NCBI GenBank assembly: GCA_016235865.1
Contig: JACRIK010000002.1
Location: 7,520 to 71,519, forward strand
Source: Planctomycetota bacterium
GTDB taxonomy: Bacteria; Planctomycetota; MHYJ01; JACQXL01
DNA: 64,000 nucleotides
Direction: 5' to 3'
The notes below the pieces were generated by a model, which was not told the origin of the DNA, searched no databases, and saw only the letters and a list, made by a program, of their open reading frames with translations. The position numbers and the translations under genes are program-made. Positions 18,995 through 30,500 of this stretch are shown in pieces. The first letter of the stretch is position 1; each line of letters begins with the position of its first letter.

Positions 18995-21943
18995 TTAAGC
19001 TTGAAAGGTTGCGTTACGTCTTAACTTAAGGGCTAATAACCATCCGGATAGCAACATTAGTATTATAACTGCGATTGCCGTTAAAACAGGATATCTTATA
19101 GTATATACTATCGGTGATAAGGCGGTTTTAACCAGGGATGCCTGAAATGGCGAATGTTTAAGATGTTCAGCAATAGGCGGGCTGATTTTATAGTACCACC
19201 TGACAAGGTGTCTTCCGGCGTGATTGGTCAAAAGACGGTTATCCCTGAATTTCTTTAATGTTAGAACGTTAGGATGAGTCGGGCTGCCGTAAACCGCTGT
19301 GGCGATAAAACATTGCCCGAGGGGCTTGGTGAAGGCATCAGGTCCGAACAACATCCCTCCGCTGCTCCCGCTGGTTAGTAAGGGGTCGACCTCTACGATA
19401 AATTGATATACCGGCGTCCAACTTACCCGGCCTGAACCATCCGACGCCACTATATACCAATAGTAAGATGTTTCATAGTTGACCGAAGGGACATAGGTTG
19501 AATCCGGTCCGGTATAAATCAGAGTTAACGGGTAAGCGTCAGTTGAGAGATAAACCCAGTAGGTTATCGTTCCCAGGGCATTTGAAGGCGCTAACCATTG
19601 TAATATCGGCGGGTTCGCTACGTTAGGGGATAGGTTAAGCGGAAAACTAATAATCGGTTCAGCCAAGGCAGATGTGGTTGCTGCCGTGCCACTCCGCAAA
19701 TTAGGTGTTATCCGGCAGACAAAAATATCGCCGGCGGCTGTATAGGCGCTTCCGTTATAAGGGGTAGTAATGGGATTGGAAAGCGGGAAGTCGGAAGAGG
19801 TGGTAACGGCTGTCACCAGCATATTGCCTGAATTATCGGCTGTTATTCCGGCCCTGCCCGGGACGGTCGTGCCGGATTCTGCGCCGGAGCCTCCCAGGTA
19901 AGTGGAAGCCACCAGGATAAGCTCACTATCCAGGCGGGCGACAAAGATATCCGATGTCCCTCCGATTGTGTTATCAACCGGAAGCGGATTGGCCGGATAA
20001 ATGGGGAAGTTCAGGGATGCGGTGTAGCCGGTCAAGTAAATCTGCCCGGCAAAAGGCGCCACCGCAATAGACCAGCCGATGTCCGAACCGCTGCCTCCCA
20101 TGTATCTCGAACCGATAATATTCAGTGACGGACTTAATTTAGTGACAAAGGCGTCTATTACTCCGACAAAGATCGTGCTGCCGCCGGTAAAGCTAATAGG
20201 AAAATTCAAGGAATTCGTCTCGCCGGTTATATGGATATTATTGGCCCGGCCTACCGCAATACCATAGCCGACGTCGTATAGCGTCCCTCCGAATCTGGTG
20301 GAATACAAAGTAGACGTCAGGCTGTTAGTGAACTTGGTGACGAATACGTCAGACGAGCCAATCTGAGCCACCAGGGGCACGGTCGGGAAATCAGGTGAAA
20401 GAGTCCCGCCGGTGACTATCACATTATCGGCAGAATCAGTAGCTATCCCGAAGCAGATATCGGCCTGCGAACCGCCCAGGAAGGTGGAAGCAAACCCGGC
20501 GGTCGTAAGGTTGTTATTGAATCTGGCCACAAAGCCTTCCTGAGTGCCGCCGCCATAAGTGGTATATGGACCGCCTACTGCCGGGAAATTAGAACTCGTG
20601 GTCAGGCCGCAGACAAAAACGTTATTATTCCTGTCCGTGGCTATCCCGTAACCTCGGTCATCGCCTGTTCCGCCTAAGAACGTAAAGGCAAATCCGGCTG
20701 AGGTCAGGTTATTATTCAATTTTGCCACAAAGGCATCCCAACCGCTAGCACCAGAACCATTGAAAGTGGTATCATAAGCGCCGGCTGTGGCCGGGGACCC
20801 GGGGGTTGCTGTGCTTGTGCCTACCGCGCCGGTAACAAAGACATTGCCTGAACTGTCAATCGTAAGGGCATATCCGTATTCAGACCTGAATGATTGAGAG
20901 CCTATAAAGGTTGATGCCAGAAGAGCCGAGATGTCGCTATTAAATTTGGAAACGAACGCATCAGTGGCAAAGGTATAAGATGCCTGGTAAACGCCGGCTG
21001 TGGTCGGATAACCCGATCCGGTATAACCCACGATAAAAACATTGCCTGCGGTATCTTTGGCAATGCCGTTGCTTACATCGGCCGAAGTGCCGCCGATATA
21101 AGTGGAAGCCAACAGCGGGTCAATAATCAGGGGAATTGTCTTGTCGTAATTACCCACGATAAAACCGTAAGTAGTTTTATTAATCAGTCTGTAAGACACC
21201 TCGACCGGCTTTTTTTCATTGGCTGTTTCCTGGTAGGCAAACGGCCGGGTGAAGTTTATCACCCCTTTGAGTGTTTTTATCTCCAACTCACCTGATTCGT
21301 TCAATGAGATCTGTTCTGCGCCATCCAGGGATATCTTGATGGATTCCGGATTGCCAGCCGGGCTGATAATGAAAAGTTTTTCTATATTCTTGGGGTTCGC
21401 TTTAAGGTTAACCGTAACGCCTTTCCACGCCTCGCCTAAAGAAATTAGGTTATAGGTGGGGATGTTATCGCGCGAGTTTTTTGGGGAATCAATTATGATA
21501 TAGTTCACGTAGGTCTGGGCGCGGCTTAATCCCCGGACATTAATGCCTGATTTGTCAGGATTGGTGACGAATGTTTCTCTGATAGTTTCAGATACATACT
21601 GGGCCGGCGAAGCCTCGGCGAAATCCAGATTATTCCGGGACAGAAGAATATCATTCTCAAAGCAAGCCGTTATGGCATCGGCTCCGATGTAATCCTTGGG
21701 GTAGAGGACGCGGTAAACCAAATCGCCCTTGTCGGTGATGAAAACCGTGCCGTTGAAGAGTTTGGTGTAAAATCTGACGTCATCCGACGCGATCTGTCCT
21801 TCATTCTGGATAAAAGGGATTTGGAGAGACGAGGCTTCTTTCCTGATGTTAATATCAGAATCCGATGCCGGGCTCTCCGCGTAGATAGAGGCGCCGGCCA
21901 AGATAATTATCGTCAGCAGTAACAAGGATAAACTCTGCCTCAT
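18995..21943 (-). CDS. second SBBP repeat / CFI-box-CTERM protein (tandem paralog) with extra FN3-like domain
   Basis: same N-domain and repeats; PILQWLAP...ITYWVYL...YYWYIVASD FN3-like segment; CFIATAVYG...LKKFRDNRL. Confidence 0.85.
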   Translation of the reverse strand: MRQSLSLLLLTIIILAGASIYAESPASDSDINIRKEASSLQIPFIQNEGQIASDDVRFYTKLFNGTVFITDKGDLVYRVLYPKDYIGADAITACFENDILLSRNNLDFAEASPAQYVSETIRETFVTNPDKSGINVRGLSRAQTYVNYIIIDSPKNSRDNIPTYNLISLGEAWKGVTVNLKANPKNIEKLFIISPAGNPESIKISLDGAEQISLNESGELEIKTLKGVINFTRPFAYQETANEKKPVEVSYRLINKTTYGFIVGNYDKTIPLIIDPLLASTYIGGTSADVSNGIAKDTAGNVFIVGYTGSGYPTTAGVYQASYTFATDAFVSKFNSDISALLASTFIGSQSFRSEYGYALTIDSSGNVFVTGAVGTSTATPGSPATAGAYDTTFNGSGASGWDAFVAKLNNNLTSAGFAFTFLGGTGDDRGYGIATDRNNNVFVCGLTTSSNFPAVGGPYTTYGGGTQEGFVARFNNNLTTAGFASTFLGGSQADICFGIATDSADNVIVTGGTLSPDFPTVPLVAQIGSSDVFVTKFTNSLTSTLYSTRFGGTLYDVGYGIAVGRANNIHITGETNSLNFPISFTGGSTIFVGVIDAFVTKLSPSLNIIGSRYMGGSGSDIGWSIAVAPFAGQIYLTGYTASLNFPIYPANPLPVDNTIGGTSDIFVARLDSELILVASTYLGGSGAESGTTVPGRAGITADNSGNMLVTAVTTSSDFPLSNPITTPYNGSAYTAAGDIFVCRITPNLRSGTAATTSALAEPIISFPLNLSPNVANPPILQWLAPSNALGTITYWVYLSTDAYPLTLIYTGPDSTYVPSVNYETSYYWYIVASDGSGRVSWTPVYQFIVEVDPLLTSGSSGGMLFGPDAFTKPLGQCFIATAVYGSPTHPNVLTLKKFRDNRLLTNHAGRHLVRWYYKISPPIAEHLKHSPFQASLVKTALSPIVYTIRYPVLTAIAVIILMLLSGWLLALKLRRNATFQA

Positions 21944-22171
21944 AATAACTTATACCCTTTCGGGTTATCAAAGTTGCACGCATATTTATATGCATAGATA
22001 GTAGGCGGTGTCAAGGAAAACAAAATATATTTTAGCCGAAATAAGCCGGAAATACGGCGTTTTCAGTCGGCCGGCCGGCGCCGGAATTTCATCATATTTC
22101 CTGAAATATATTCAAGATAAACGAACTAAAAGCCGATATAGTATAATCCACAATAATCCTAGATTTATAGT

Positions 22172-25100
22172 ATGAAACTAACCAGGTTAACCTTAGAGGG
22201 CTTCAAATCCTTTGCCCACCGGACCGAGGTGAATTTCGATTACGGCACCACTATTTTGGTCGGTCCCAACGGCTGCGGCAAGAGCAATGTGGTGGACTCT
22301 ATAAAATGGGTCCTGGGCGACCGGAGCGTTAAATCGCTGCGTAGCGAGGAAATGCTCGATGTCATCTTCAACGGCGCCAGCGACGCCAAACCGGCCGGCT
22401 TTGCCGCGGTCTCGCTCTCGTTCGCCAATTCTACCGGCGCCCCGGACGCCGCCAAACTGCCCATGGATTACGAAGAAATTACCGTCACTCGCCGGCTGCA
22501 CCGGTCCGGCGAAAGCGAATACCTGCTCAATAACCAGCCCTGCCGCCTCAAAGACATTCGCGAGCTCTTTATGGGCACCGGCGTGGGCATGGAATCATAC
22601 TCCATCATCGAGCAGGGCAAGGTGGACTTCATCCTCAGGAGCAACCCCTTTGAACGCCGGGAACTTCTGGACGAGGCCGCCGGTATCAGCAAATACAAGG
22701 CCAAGCGCAAGGAGAGCGAATCAAAGCTCCTGAAGGTGGAACAGGACTTGCTCCGCTTAACCGACATCCTGCGCGAGGTCAGGCGCGAAATCCGTTCCAT
22801 CAAAATCCAGGCCACCAAGGCCGAAAAATACAAGGCCACGCTCGAGGAACTCCGGGCCAAAAAAACCCAACTGTCCCTCCACACCTACCACCAGTATTTC
22901 CAGAAACAGGCCGAACTGACGGCTAAAAACACCGAATTAAAGGCCGGCTATGAAACGCTCAATACCCGGCTCCGAGCTATCGAAGAGGTTATCGTTGCCA
23001 TCGACAGGGAAATCATCCAGATAGATAACAGCAGTGCCGGGCATCAGGACGCCCTGGTCAACTTAAGTGGCCGGATTTCCCAGACCCAGCAGCGAATCGA
23101 GTCGTCCGTCACCCGGCGCAATGAATTAGTCCAGTCCGAGGAAGAGACCAAAAATAATATCGCTACCTATACCCAGAAGGCCATCGACCTGCGCAGCCGT
23201 ATAGTGGAGGTGATGCAGTCGTACGAAACGGTTAAAAGGGAAATAGAGACCTTGGAAACCGGGCTGAGTGAGCAGGACGCGCTATACAAGGACATATCCC
23301 GGGAACTGGAGAATGTCGGGCTGAAACTGGAAGAGAAACGCAATGAGACCTTCCAGACCAGCCACAAAAAATCAAACTACCAAAACGAGCTTTTCTCCAT
23401 CCAGGCCGAGTTGAAAAACCTGGCGGCCCGGCGCGAGAAATTCACCGCCCGGATCAAAGAGATTGAGATTGAAACCGAAACCCTGAAACAGAACAAGTCC
23501 GGACTGGAATCATCCCGCCGGCAGGTTGACGATGTTATCAACAACCTGAAGACCGATATTGCTCAAAAGGAAATGGTCCTCAAGGCCATCCAGAACGACC
23601 TGGCCGGCATCAGCGCTGAATTCAACAAGGTCAAGGATGACTTAAACCGCATCTCCTCCCGCAAAGAGGTACTGGAAGACCTGGAACTCCATCACGAGGG
23701 ATGCTCCAACGGCGTCCGTTCGGTCCTGGAATCACGGTCCAGCATTGCCGCCAATATCTACGGTTTGGTGGCCGATATCGTCGAGGTAAAACCACAGTAT
23801 GTCAATGCCGCCGAGGCCGGACTCAAGGGTATAGCCGATGCCCTGATTGTCCAGTCCCAGGCTGATGCGCTCAGTGTCATTCAATTCGTCCGGGATAGCC
23901 AGAAGGGTAGAGTTACCGCCATTGCCATTGATAAACTCAAATCATTCTCCCTGCGTCCGCCCATTCCGGCAAATAACATCGCCGGCATCATCGGCTATGC
24001 CGATGAGATTATCCAGTCCGTAAAATTGGACAATATTACTCCGGAGATGAAATCAGCCCTGGCCCGGGTTTTGCTCGGTCAGTATCTCCTGGTCGATAAC
24101 AGCGCCACGGCCCAGCAGGTGCTCAGCGAGCACCTCTATGACGGCCCGATTCTGACCGTTAACGGCGAGATTATCAATCCCAACGGCATCATCTCCGGCG
24201 GCTCAATTGACGCCGGACTGGGCCTGATTTCCCGCAAGACCGAGTTGCGCGACCTCAACGGTAAACTGCTGGCTTTAGCCGAGCAACTCAAGACCCTGGA
24301 ACAGATGCAGTCCAACAAGGCCGCGGAAATAGATGCGCTCCAGATGGAGCTGCAGAAATCCAGAATCTCGGTCTATGAGAAATCAGTCGAATTGACCACC
24401 GCGGACAACGCCGTCTCGGAACTGGACCGGCGGCTGGCTATCCTGGCCAAGGAAATGGAGATAAGCAATCTGGAACACGCCGAGGTGGCCCAGCAGATAC
24501 AGTCGCTCTCCGATCGGGCTATCACTACCGCCCAGTTTGTCAAGGAATTGGAAGCCGCTCTGGTTAAAATCCAGGCCGAGATAGAGCAGGCCAATAATGC
24601 GGCCAACGAATATGCCCAGAAGAAACAACAGATAGAAACCCAGGTCACCGAACTTAAAGTTAAGCAGGCCAAACTCCTGTCCCAGCGCGAGCATTTTACC
24701 CAGCAACAGGCCCAGATGAACGAGGATATCAAGCATCTGGAAGCGGTGCTGGAGGCATCGGCTAACTCATTAAACGAGATCAAGAACCGGATTATCGAAC
24801 TGGATACGGCCCGGACCGCCGATGAACAACTCCTTAAGGAACTGGCCGAGGAACAGGCCAGGGTTCAGTCCCTGGTCACGGAATTCCGGACCCGGACTCA
24901 GGAACTCAAAGAGAAATTAGGCCTCCAGAAGACCGATGAGGAAAAGGTCCTGTTAGAAATAAACACCATCCAGAACAGCATCAGCGAAACCTCCTACCAG
25001 GAACGGGAGACAACGCTCAAGCTGGATAATCTCTGCGAGAAGCACAAGGAAGAGACCGGCGCCGACCTGAAGGCCCTTTGCGAAGCAATGGTCGGGAGCA

Positions 25101-26062
25101 TTCAGCCAGCGGCTGAAGCGCACCGGGAGGCATCATATCAGAGTTACCAGCCTCAGACCGAGGCCCAGGACGCTCAAAACGCCGAGGACTGGCAGAAGGT
25201 CAACCAGACTATTGAGGAACTAAAATCCCGGCTGGGTGATATGACCGACGTCAATCTCTCGGCTATCGACCAGTTAAAGTCGCTCGAGGAGCGCAACGCC
25301 ACCCTGACCGTCCAGGAACAGGATCTGGCCAAATCCAAGGAGGCGCTCCAGGAATTCATCCGCAAGACCAACCGGGAATGCCGCGAACGGTTTGAGAAGA
25401 CCTTTGTCCAGGTGGCCGAGAATTTCAGCCAGCTCTTCCGGAAACTATTCGGCGGCGGCCGGGCCGAGCTTACCCTGGAAAAGCGTTCTGAGATAGAAGC
25501 CATTCCTGATTCCACTGTCATTCCTGCGGAAGCAGTAATCTCCGCCAACGGCGAGACATCGCCTTCGGGCGTGCAGACGGAAGGGCAGGCATCTGTTTCT
25601 CCGGAAGCGACACCGGGCCGGCGCCACAACTCGAATGACCTGCTGGAAGTGGGCATAGACATCATCGCCAAGCCGCCCGGCAAGGAGCCGACTTCTATAT
25701 CATTACTTTCCGGCGGTGAAAAGGCCTTAACCGCCCTGGCCTTGGTTATGGCCATTTTCAAACTCCAGCCCAGCCCGTTCTGTATCCTGGACGAGGCCGA
25801 CTCGCCCCTGGATGAGAACAACGTGGACCGCTTCTGCGCCATGATAAAGGAATTTGCCGTCGAAACCCAGTTCATCGTCATCACCCACAACAAAAAGACC
25901 ATGCTCTCGGGCGATGTTATGTATGGCCTGACCATGCCCACCCCGGGTATCTCCAAGAAGGTCTCCATCAAGATGGACGAGGTGGACAAATTCGTGGCCG
26001 AAAATCCGGACGCCGCGCCGGATAAAAAATCTCCGGTCCAGCCCGCGCTCCAACAGGCCTAA
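22172..26062 (+). CDS. smc: chromosome segregation protein SMC with an insertion of about 48 aa in the C-terminal head
   Basis: GFKSF, VGPNGCGKSN (Walker A), hinge IYGLVADIVEV / NGIISGG, LLSGGEK signature, FCILDEADSPLD, ITHNK. Confidence 0.97.
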   Translation: MKLTRLTLEGFKSFAHRTEVNFDYGTTILVGPNGCGKSNVVDSIKWVLGDRSVKSLRSEEMLDVIFNGASDAKPAGFAAVSLSFANSTGAPDAAKLPMDYEEITVTRRLHRSGESEYLLNNQPCRLKDIRELFMGTGVGMESYSIIEQGKVDFILRSNPFERRELLDEAAGISKYKAKRKESESKLLKVEQDLLRLTDILREVRREIRSIKIQATKAEKYKATLEELRAKKTQLSLHTYHQYFQKQAELTAKNTELKAGYETLNTRLRAIEEVIVAIDREIIQIDNSSAGHQDALVNLSGRISQTQQRIESSVTRRNELVQSEEETKNNIATYTQKAIDLRSRIVEVMQSYETVKREIETLETGLSEQDALYKDISRELENVGLKLEEKRNETFQTSHKKSNYQNELFSIQAELKNLAARREKFTARIKEIEIETETLKQNKSGLESSRRQVDDVINNLKTDIAQKEMVLKAIQNDLAGISAEFNKVKDDLNRISSRKEVLEDLELHHEGCSNGVRSVLESRSSIAANIYGLVADIVEVKPQYVNAAEAGLKGIADALIVQSQADALSVIQFVRDSQKGRVTAIAIDKLKSFSLRPPIPANNIAGIIGYADEIIQSVKLDNITPEMKSALARVLLGQYLLVDNSATAQQVLSEHLYDGPILTVNGEIINPNGIISGGSIDAGLGLISRKTELRDLNGKLLALAEQLKTLEQMQSNKAAEIDALQMELQKSRISVYEKSVELTTADNAVSELDRRLAILAKEMEISNLEHAEVAQQIQSLSDRAITTAQFVKELEAALVKIQAEIEQANNAANEYAQKKQQIETQVTELKVKQAKLLSQREHFTQQQAQMNEDIKHLEAVLEASANSLNEIKNRIIELDTARTADEQLLKELAEEQARVQSLVTEFRTRTQELKEKLGLQKTDEEKVLLEINTIQNSISETSYQERETTLKLDNLCEKHKEETGADLKALCEAMVGSIQPAAEAHREASYQSYQPQTEAQDAQNAEDWQKVNQTIEELKSRLGDMTDVNLSAIDQLKSLEERNATLTVQEQDLAKSKEALQEFIRKTNRECRERFEKTFVQVAENFSQLFRKLFGGGRAELTLEKRSEIEAIPDSTVIPAEAVISANGETSPSGVQTEGQASVSPEATPGRRHNSNDLLEVGIDIIAKPPGKEPTSISLLSGGEKALTALALVMAIFKLQPSPFCILDEADSPLDENNVDRFCAMIKEFAVETQFIVITHNKKTMLSGDVMYGLTMPTPGISKKVSIKMDEVDKFVAENPDAAPDKKSPVQPALQQA
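25517..25540 (+). repeat. dRS3/REP-like unit in frame inside smc (encodes VIPAEAVI)
   Basis: gtcattcctgcggaagcagtaatc is 23/24 identical to the reverse complement of intergenic 49229-49252. Confidence 0.8.
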
Positions 26063-26419
26063 ACTTGTGGCGAGTTTATCGAACCATTATCCATCCGCTT
26101 GCACTGAACAGATTCGATTCTCTCACTGTAAACTTAGCCCAGGTGTTAAATCCGTCTTACCCGCTCAATCTGTATACTAAATCACTGATTTATAATTATT
26201 TTATAATTCTGCCTACTTTTCGGCGTATCCGGGGTATAAACCGCTGAAAGGATAAGATAAACAATAAACGGGTTATCCGGAAAATAAAATATTTTTACCT
26301 GGCTTGCAGTTTTTCAGCCCTCTCAAACATTCTATAGTGCAGAAAGGAATGGTGACAAAAATAGGTTATGTTTGGGTTTTGCCTGGTGTGGATGATTATC
26401 TACAACTTGGGTCAAAGCT

Positions 26420-26478
26420 TGTTACCAAAAAGTAACAAAAATACCACAGTTTCGCAATGCGGTTACCAAATGGTAACC
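26420..26478. promoter_or_regulatory. paired dyad sites KGTTAC-N6-GTAACM (putative enhancer/UAS)
   Basis: TGTTAC caaaaa GTAACA (26420-26437) and GGTTAC caaatg GTAACC (26461-26478), 41 bp apart. Confidence 0.6.
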
Positions 26479-26644
26479 GGAAAAACAACAGAATTTAACG
26501 GATTTAGCGGAATTTATGCCGCAAATAATACAAGGGGCGCGAAGAATAAATATGTTTAACCTTATTAAATACATGGAGTTAAATAATATCGTATGCTTTT
26601 CGGGCCCTGGGGGAGAGGAAAATAATCTCGTCTGCGGGCAGTTT

Positions 26645-26660
26645 TGGCATGGAAATTGCT
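26645..26660 (+). promoter_or_regulatory. sigma54 (-24/-12) promoter
   Basis: TGGCATGGAAATTGCT = GG-N10-GC. Confidence 0.8.
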
Positions 26661-26726
26661 ATATAATTGAGAGTATTTGTAATCGTAACCGGTCTAAAAC
26701 GGACCGTGAAGAAATGAATAGTTTTT

Positions 26727-27539
26727 ATGAGCAACCTAAAAATTAACAGCCGGCATCTGATTGCCGCGGGAATGATTCTTTTCCTGGGGTTGTCCCTGTA
26801 TTATATAGGAAGGCCAGGCCCGTCAGACCGAAAGATAACCGCGCCATCGATTGTAAAGTCGGAATCAGGTAAGGTATCTCAGCCCAGGCCGCGCGCCGGT
26901 TATCTGGTCAAATCAAGCGTGCGCCGGACCGAACCAACCGAGCCGGTTCAGACCTCGGATACCTTGGTTAAATCAGACAGCAGCGCGCCGGAGTCAATCA
27001 GCGGCGCCAGCGGATCGGGAAACGAGACCGCCGTTATAAATCCGCCCGTCTCCTTGTTTGAGGATATGTCCCGGATGGTTCCGGTCCAGCCCGAGATGGT
27101 GGAATTCATCATTCCGGATGTCGGCACCTTCCGGGGCGCCCTGATAAATGATACCCCCGGATCAATGCCACCGGTCGGCCCGATGGCCGGGCCGCCGGGA
27201 GCACCTAACGGCATCCCGCGTGTCATGGCCCCGCTCCAATTCTCCGGCACATTCGTTTCCCAGGACAATGAACGCCCGCCGGAAAATATAGTTTTTACGA
27301 TTATACCGCTGCCGGCCTTTTCCAGTCCTGACGGACTGCCGGGGCAGGCGCCCGAAGGGATTCCCGAAGCATTCGGCGGGAACCACGGGCCGGGCCAGGA
27401 TGGATTTATTATCGGGGATGTCCATGAGGGACCTCCGGACCTGATGGATATCCTTAAACAAATGAAAATAGAACCGGAACAGAAACCGGAAAATCCCGAT
27501 GAAATCGGGGAGGAGGAGATTTATGAAAAAGCTGAATAG
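26727..27539 (+). CDS. hypothetical membrane-anchored Pro-rich protein
   Basis: N-terminal hydrophobic segment, Pro/Gly-rich body, acidic tail; its 3' end contains the SD and start of the next gene. Confidence 0.6.
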   Translation: MSNLKINSRHLIAAGMILFLGLSLYYIGRPGPSDRKITAPSIVKSESGKVSQPRPRAGYLVKSSVRRTEPTEPVQTSDTLVKSDSSAPESISGASGSGNETAVINPPVSLFEDMSRMVPVQPEMVEFIIPDVGTFRGALINDTPGSMPPVGPMAGPPGAPNGIPRVMAPLQFSGTFVSQDNERPPENIVFTIIPLPAFSSPDGLPGQAPEGIPEAFGGNHGPGQDGFIIGDVHEGPPDLMDILKQMKIEPEQKPENPDEIGEEEIYEKAE

Positions 27540-30500
27540 GGTGCAGGTTACCATATTGGTAACGGTTCTCTTGGTAATCGGCCTGGCTGCCGGCGCGATC
27601 CAGGCCCAGACCAGCGTTTCGGCCAGCGCGAACACCAACGCGGATTTTTCCGCCAATACCGGCGCGATTGCCGGAAAGGTTTTGGTCCCGGGCGCCACTG
27701 TCACCGGCGGATCAGTCTCCGGCTCAATGCGCGATGCTGCCGGCCAGTATTATTCGGCCACCGCCTACATTGATGCCACCGGAAGTTATAAATTCATCGG
27801 CCAAAGCGGAAACTGGACCCTTTCGGTCAGCCCTTATCTCAGGGCCGGCTACAGTTTATCTGCCTATGGCTACAGCGAAAACGCCACCGCGGTTATCAAG
27901 GCCGGGGAAACCGGCAGTGTTAATTTCACCCTCAATCCGGGCTTCGTGCAGGGCACGGTGACTGTCCAGGGCGGAACCTCTGCCAGCCGCTATGTTTATG
28001 CCGATAACGGTTCTTACGCTTATGCAAATTCCCTGGGCCAGTATACGCTCCCGGCCCGGCCGGGCGCCAGAACCCTCTATGCCCAGGCCTATTTCAATGG
28101 AGTATATATCCGTTCCAATACCCGCGCCGCCACCGTGCTGGCCGGCCAAACCCTTAACGGAATTGACCTGGTCGTTTATCTGAACGCCAATTGCACCATT
28201 TCCGGCGTCTATAAACTGGGTAATTTAAGCGGAAACGTCAATGTATACGGAACTGAATCCGCCTTGCCGGCGCAGTTTTCCAAATACGTGCCCTTCCCCG
28301 GGAGTTATCAGGTCGCGGTCCCGGCCGGCGCCTGGTCCGTCCGCACCTGGGCTTATTTTAACTCTTACAATGATTTATTCTCGACCTGGCAGCCGCCCGT
28401 CACCCTGACGGCCGGAACTAATTTCCAGAACGACATCATTATCAACCCGGCCTATGCCGCCGGTAGCATCAAGCTTACGGCCACCGGCAGTCTGACCCTC
28501 CAGGACGTGGCCATGCAGCGGACCATGATTAACGCATGGTCTACGGACAATAAAGGATATTCCGGCTACAGTTATGACCAGCGCATTACTAATTCCCCCG
28601 ATGGCCCGCTATATACAAATATATCAACTACCGGCCAGAGCGCTGTGGCTCCTTATTATCCGAGCCGGGGGGAAAGCAGGGGCGAGTGTGATATCACGCT
28701 GGCCCCGGGCGCCTATCAATTGATGGCCTATGCGGTTTTCCCCAAAGGCCAGTCCTCAATGGGTTTGGTGAAGACGTCCACACTTACGGCCGGGCAAACC
28801 ATGTCCGGAATGAATTTCTCGGTCTCGCCGGGCAAGGTCCTGGCTACCATTAAGGTCAACGGCGCTACCCTAAGCCAGGGTTATGTCTATGGATATAGTT
28901 ATGACCTTTTCGGCGGTTGGAGTTCGGCCAACTACTCGACCGGCGCCGATGGCGTCTGCAACCTCATCCTCAAACCCGGCACCTGGTATCTCTCGGCCTA
29001 TGCCTATGTCAATAACTATACCACCTGGCTGTGGTTGGGCTCGCAAAAGGTCGTGGTCACCGCCGGCCAGACCCAGCAGATCGACCTCAATCCGCCCATG
29101 CTGACCGTTTACTCGCCGGCTGACAACCTGGTCACCTATTCGTCTAATGTGGCCGTGTCCGGCAATGCCTCGGACGACGTGGCCCTGGCCTCGGTCACCG
29201 TCAACGGCACCAAGGTAACGCTTTCCGCCAGCGGCTCATTCTACACCATGCTCCGGCTGGCCAATGGTTCCAATACCGTCACCGTCATCGCCACCGACGC
29301 CGCGGGCAACCAGACCAAGGTGGTCCGCAAGGTCACCCTGTTAGACCCGCCGCCGGTCCTGAAACTCCTGGCGCCGGTTGATAACACAACCGTCTATATG
29401 CCGGGAATAATAGTATACGGCCAGGCCACGGATAATCTGGGAGTCTTCTCTCTGACCGTCAATGGGGAAAGCGCGGCGCTGGATGGTTACGGTTATTTCC
29501 GTAAAATGGTTAATCTGGCCGTCGGGTTAAACACGATTACGGTCGTGGCCACCGACGCCTCGGGCAATATTGCCAAGGCCGTCCGGCGGGTCACCTATAT
29601 CCAGCCGGTCATTGCGGTCAATGTCAAGATTACCCCGCGGACCCTCAATAGCCCCAGCAACGGCCGCTGGGTCACGGTCTCAATAGAAATCCCCAAGGGC
29701 GTCCGGGCCAGCGCCTACCAGATTAACCCGGCCTCTATCCTGGTCATTGACCAGTTCGGGGTCAAATACACGGCTGACCCATCGGCGCCCAGCGAAGTCA
29801 AGGACAGCGACCAAAATGGGGTGGTTGAACTGACGGTAAAACTCGACCGGGCTAATTTGGAAAGCTCGCTCAAGAAATCACTGGGCTGGACCGATGGCGA
29901 TAAGGGCGCCGAAGCCACGGTCAACTTCACGGTTACCGGTAAAATCACCAACAGCTTCTATATGTTAAAAGGCACTGACTCCATCCGCGTCATCAACCAG
30001 GGCAATGGCAATGATAACGGCAATGGTAACGGTAATGACGACAAGAAAAGCGCGTCCGGGACCCCCATGTCCATTATTTACCATTCTGATTATGGCAGCG
30101 GTCTCTGGGCAATGAAACCGGACGGTTCAGAAAAGACACAATTAAGCACTTTTGGCTGGGCCGCCGAATTTTCTCCGGACAGCCAGAAAATAACGTTTGG
30201 TAAATATTATAATGCCGGTATCTGGACAATGAATGCGGATGGTTCAAATAAGATACAGTTAACCACAAGTGGCGGCGCGCCTACCTGGAGCCCGGACGGC
30301 CGGAAGATTGCCTATTTTGTGGGCGGCACGACTGGGTCTGAACGCCGTATCTGGATTATGAATAGTGACGGCACGAACGCCCGTCAATTATCCAATAACC
30401 CCGGGAGTTTCCCGCAATGGTCGCCGGACGGCACCAAAATCAGTTACCACGGAGAGGTAAACAACGGTATCTGGGTAATGAATGCGGATGGCGCTAACGA

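Noticed and set aside
25086-25190. Second low-complexity stretch in the SMC coiled coil (GSIQPAAEAH...AQNAED) with a small hairpin
   Set aside because: This part of SMC is commonly length-variable, and the hairpin matches no repeat family seen here.
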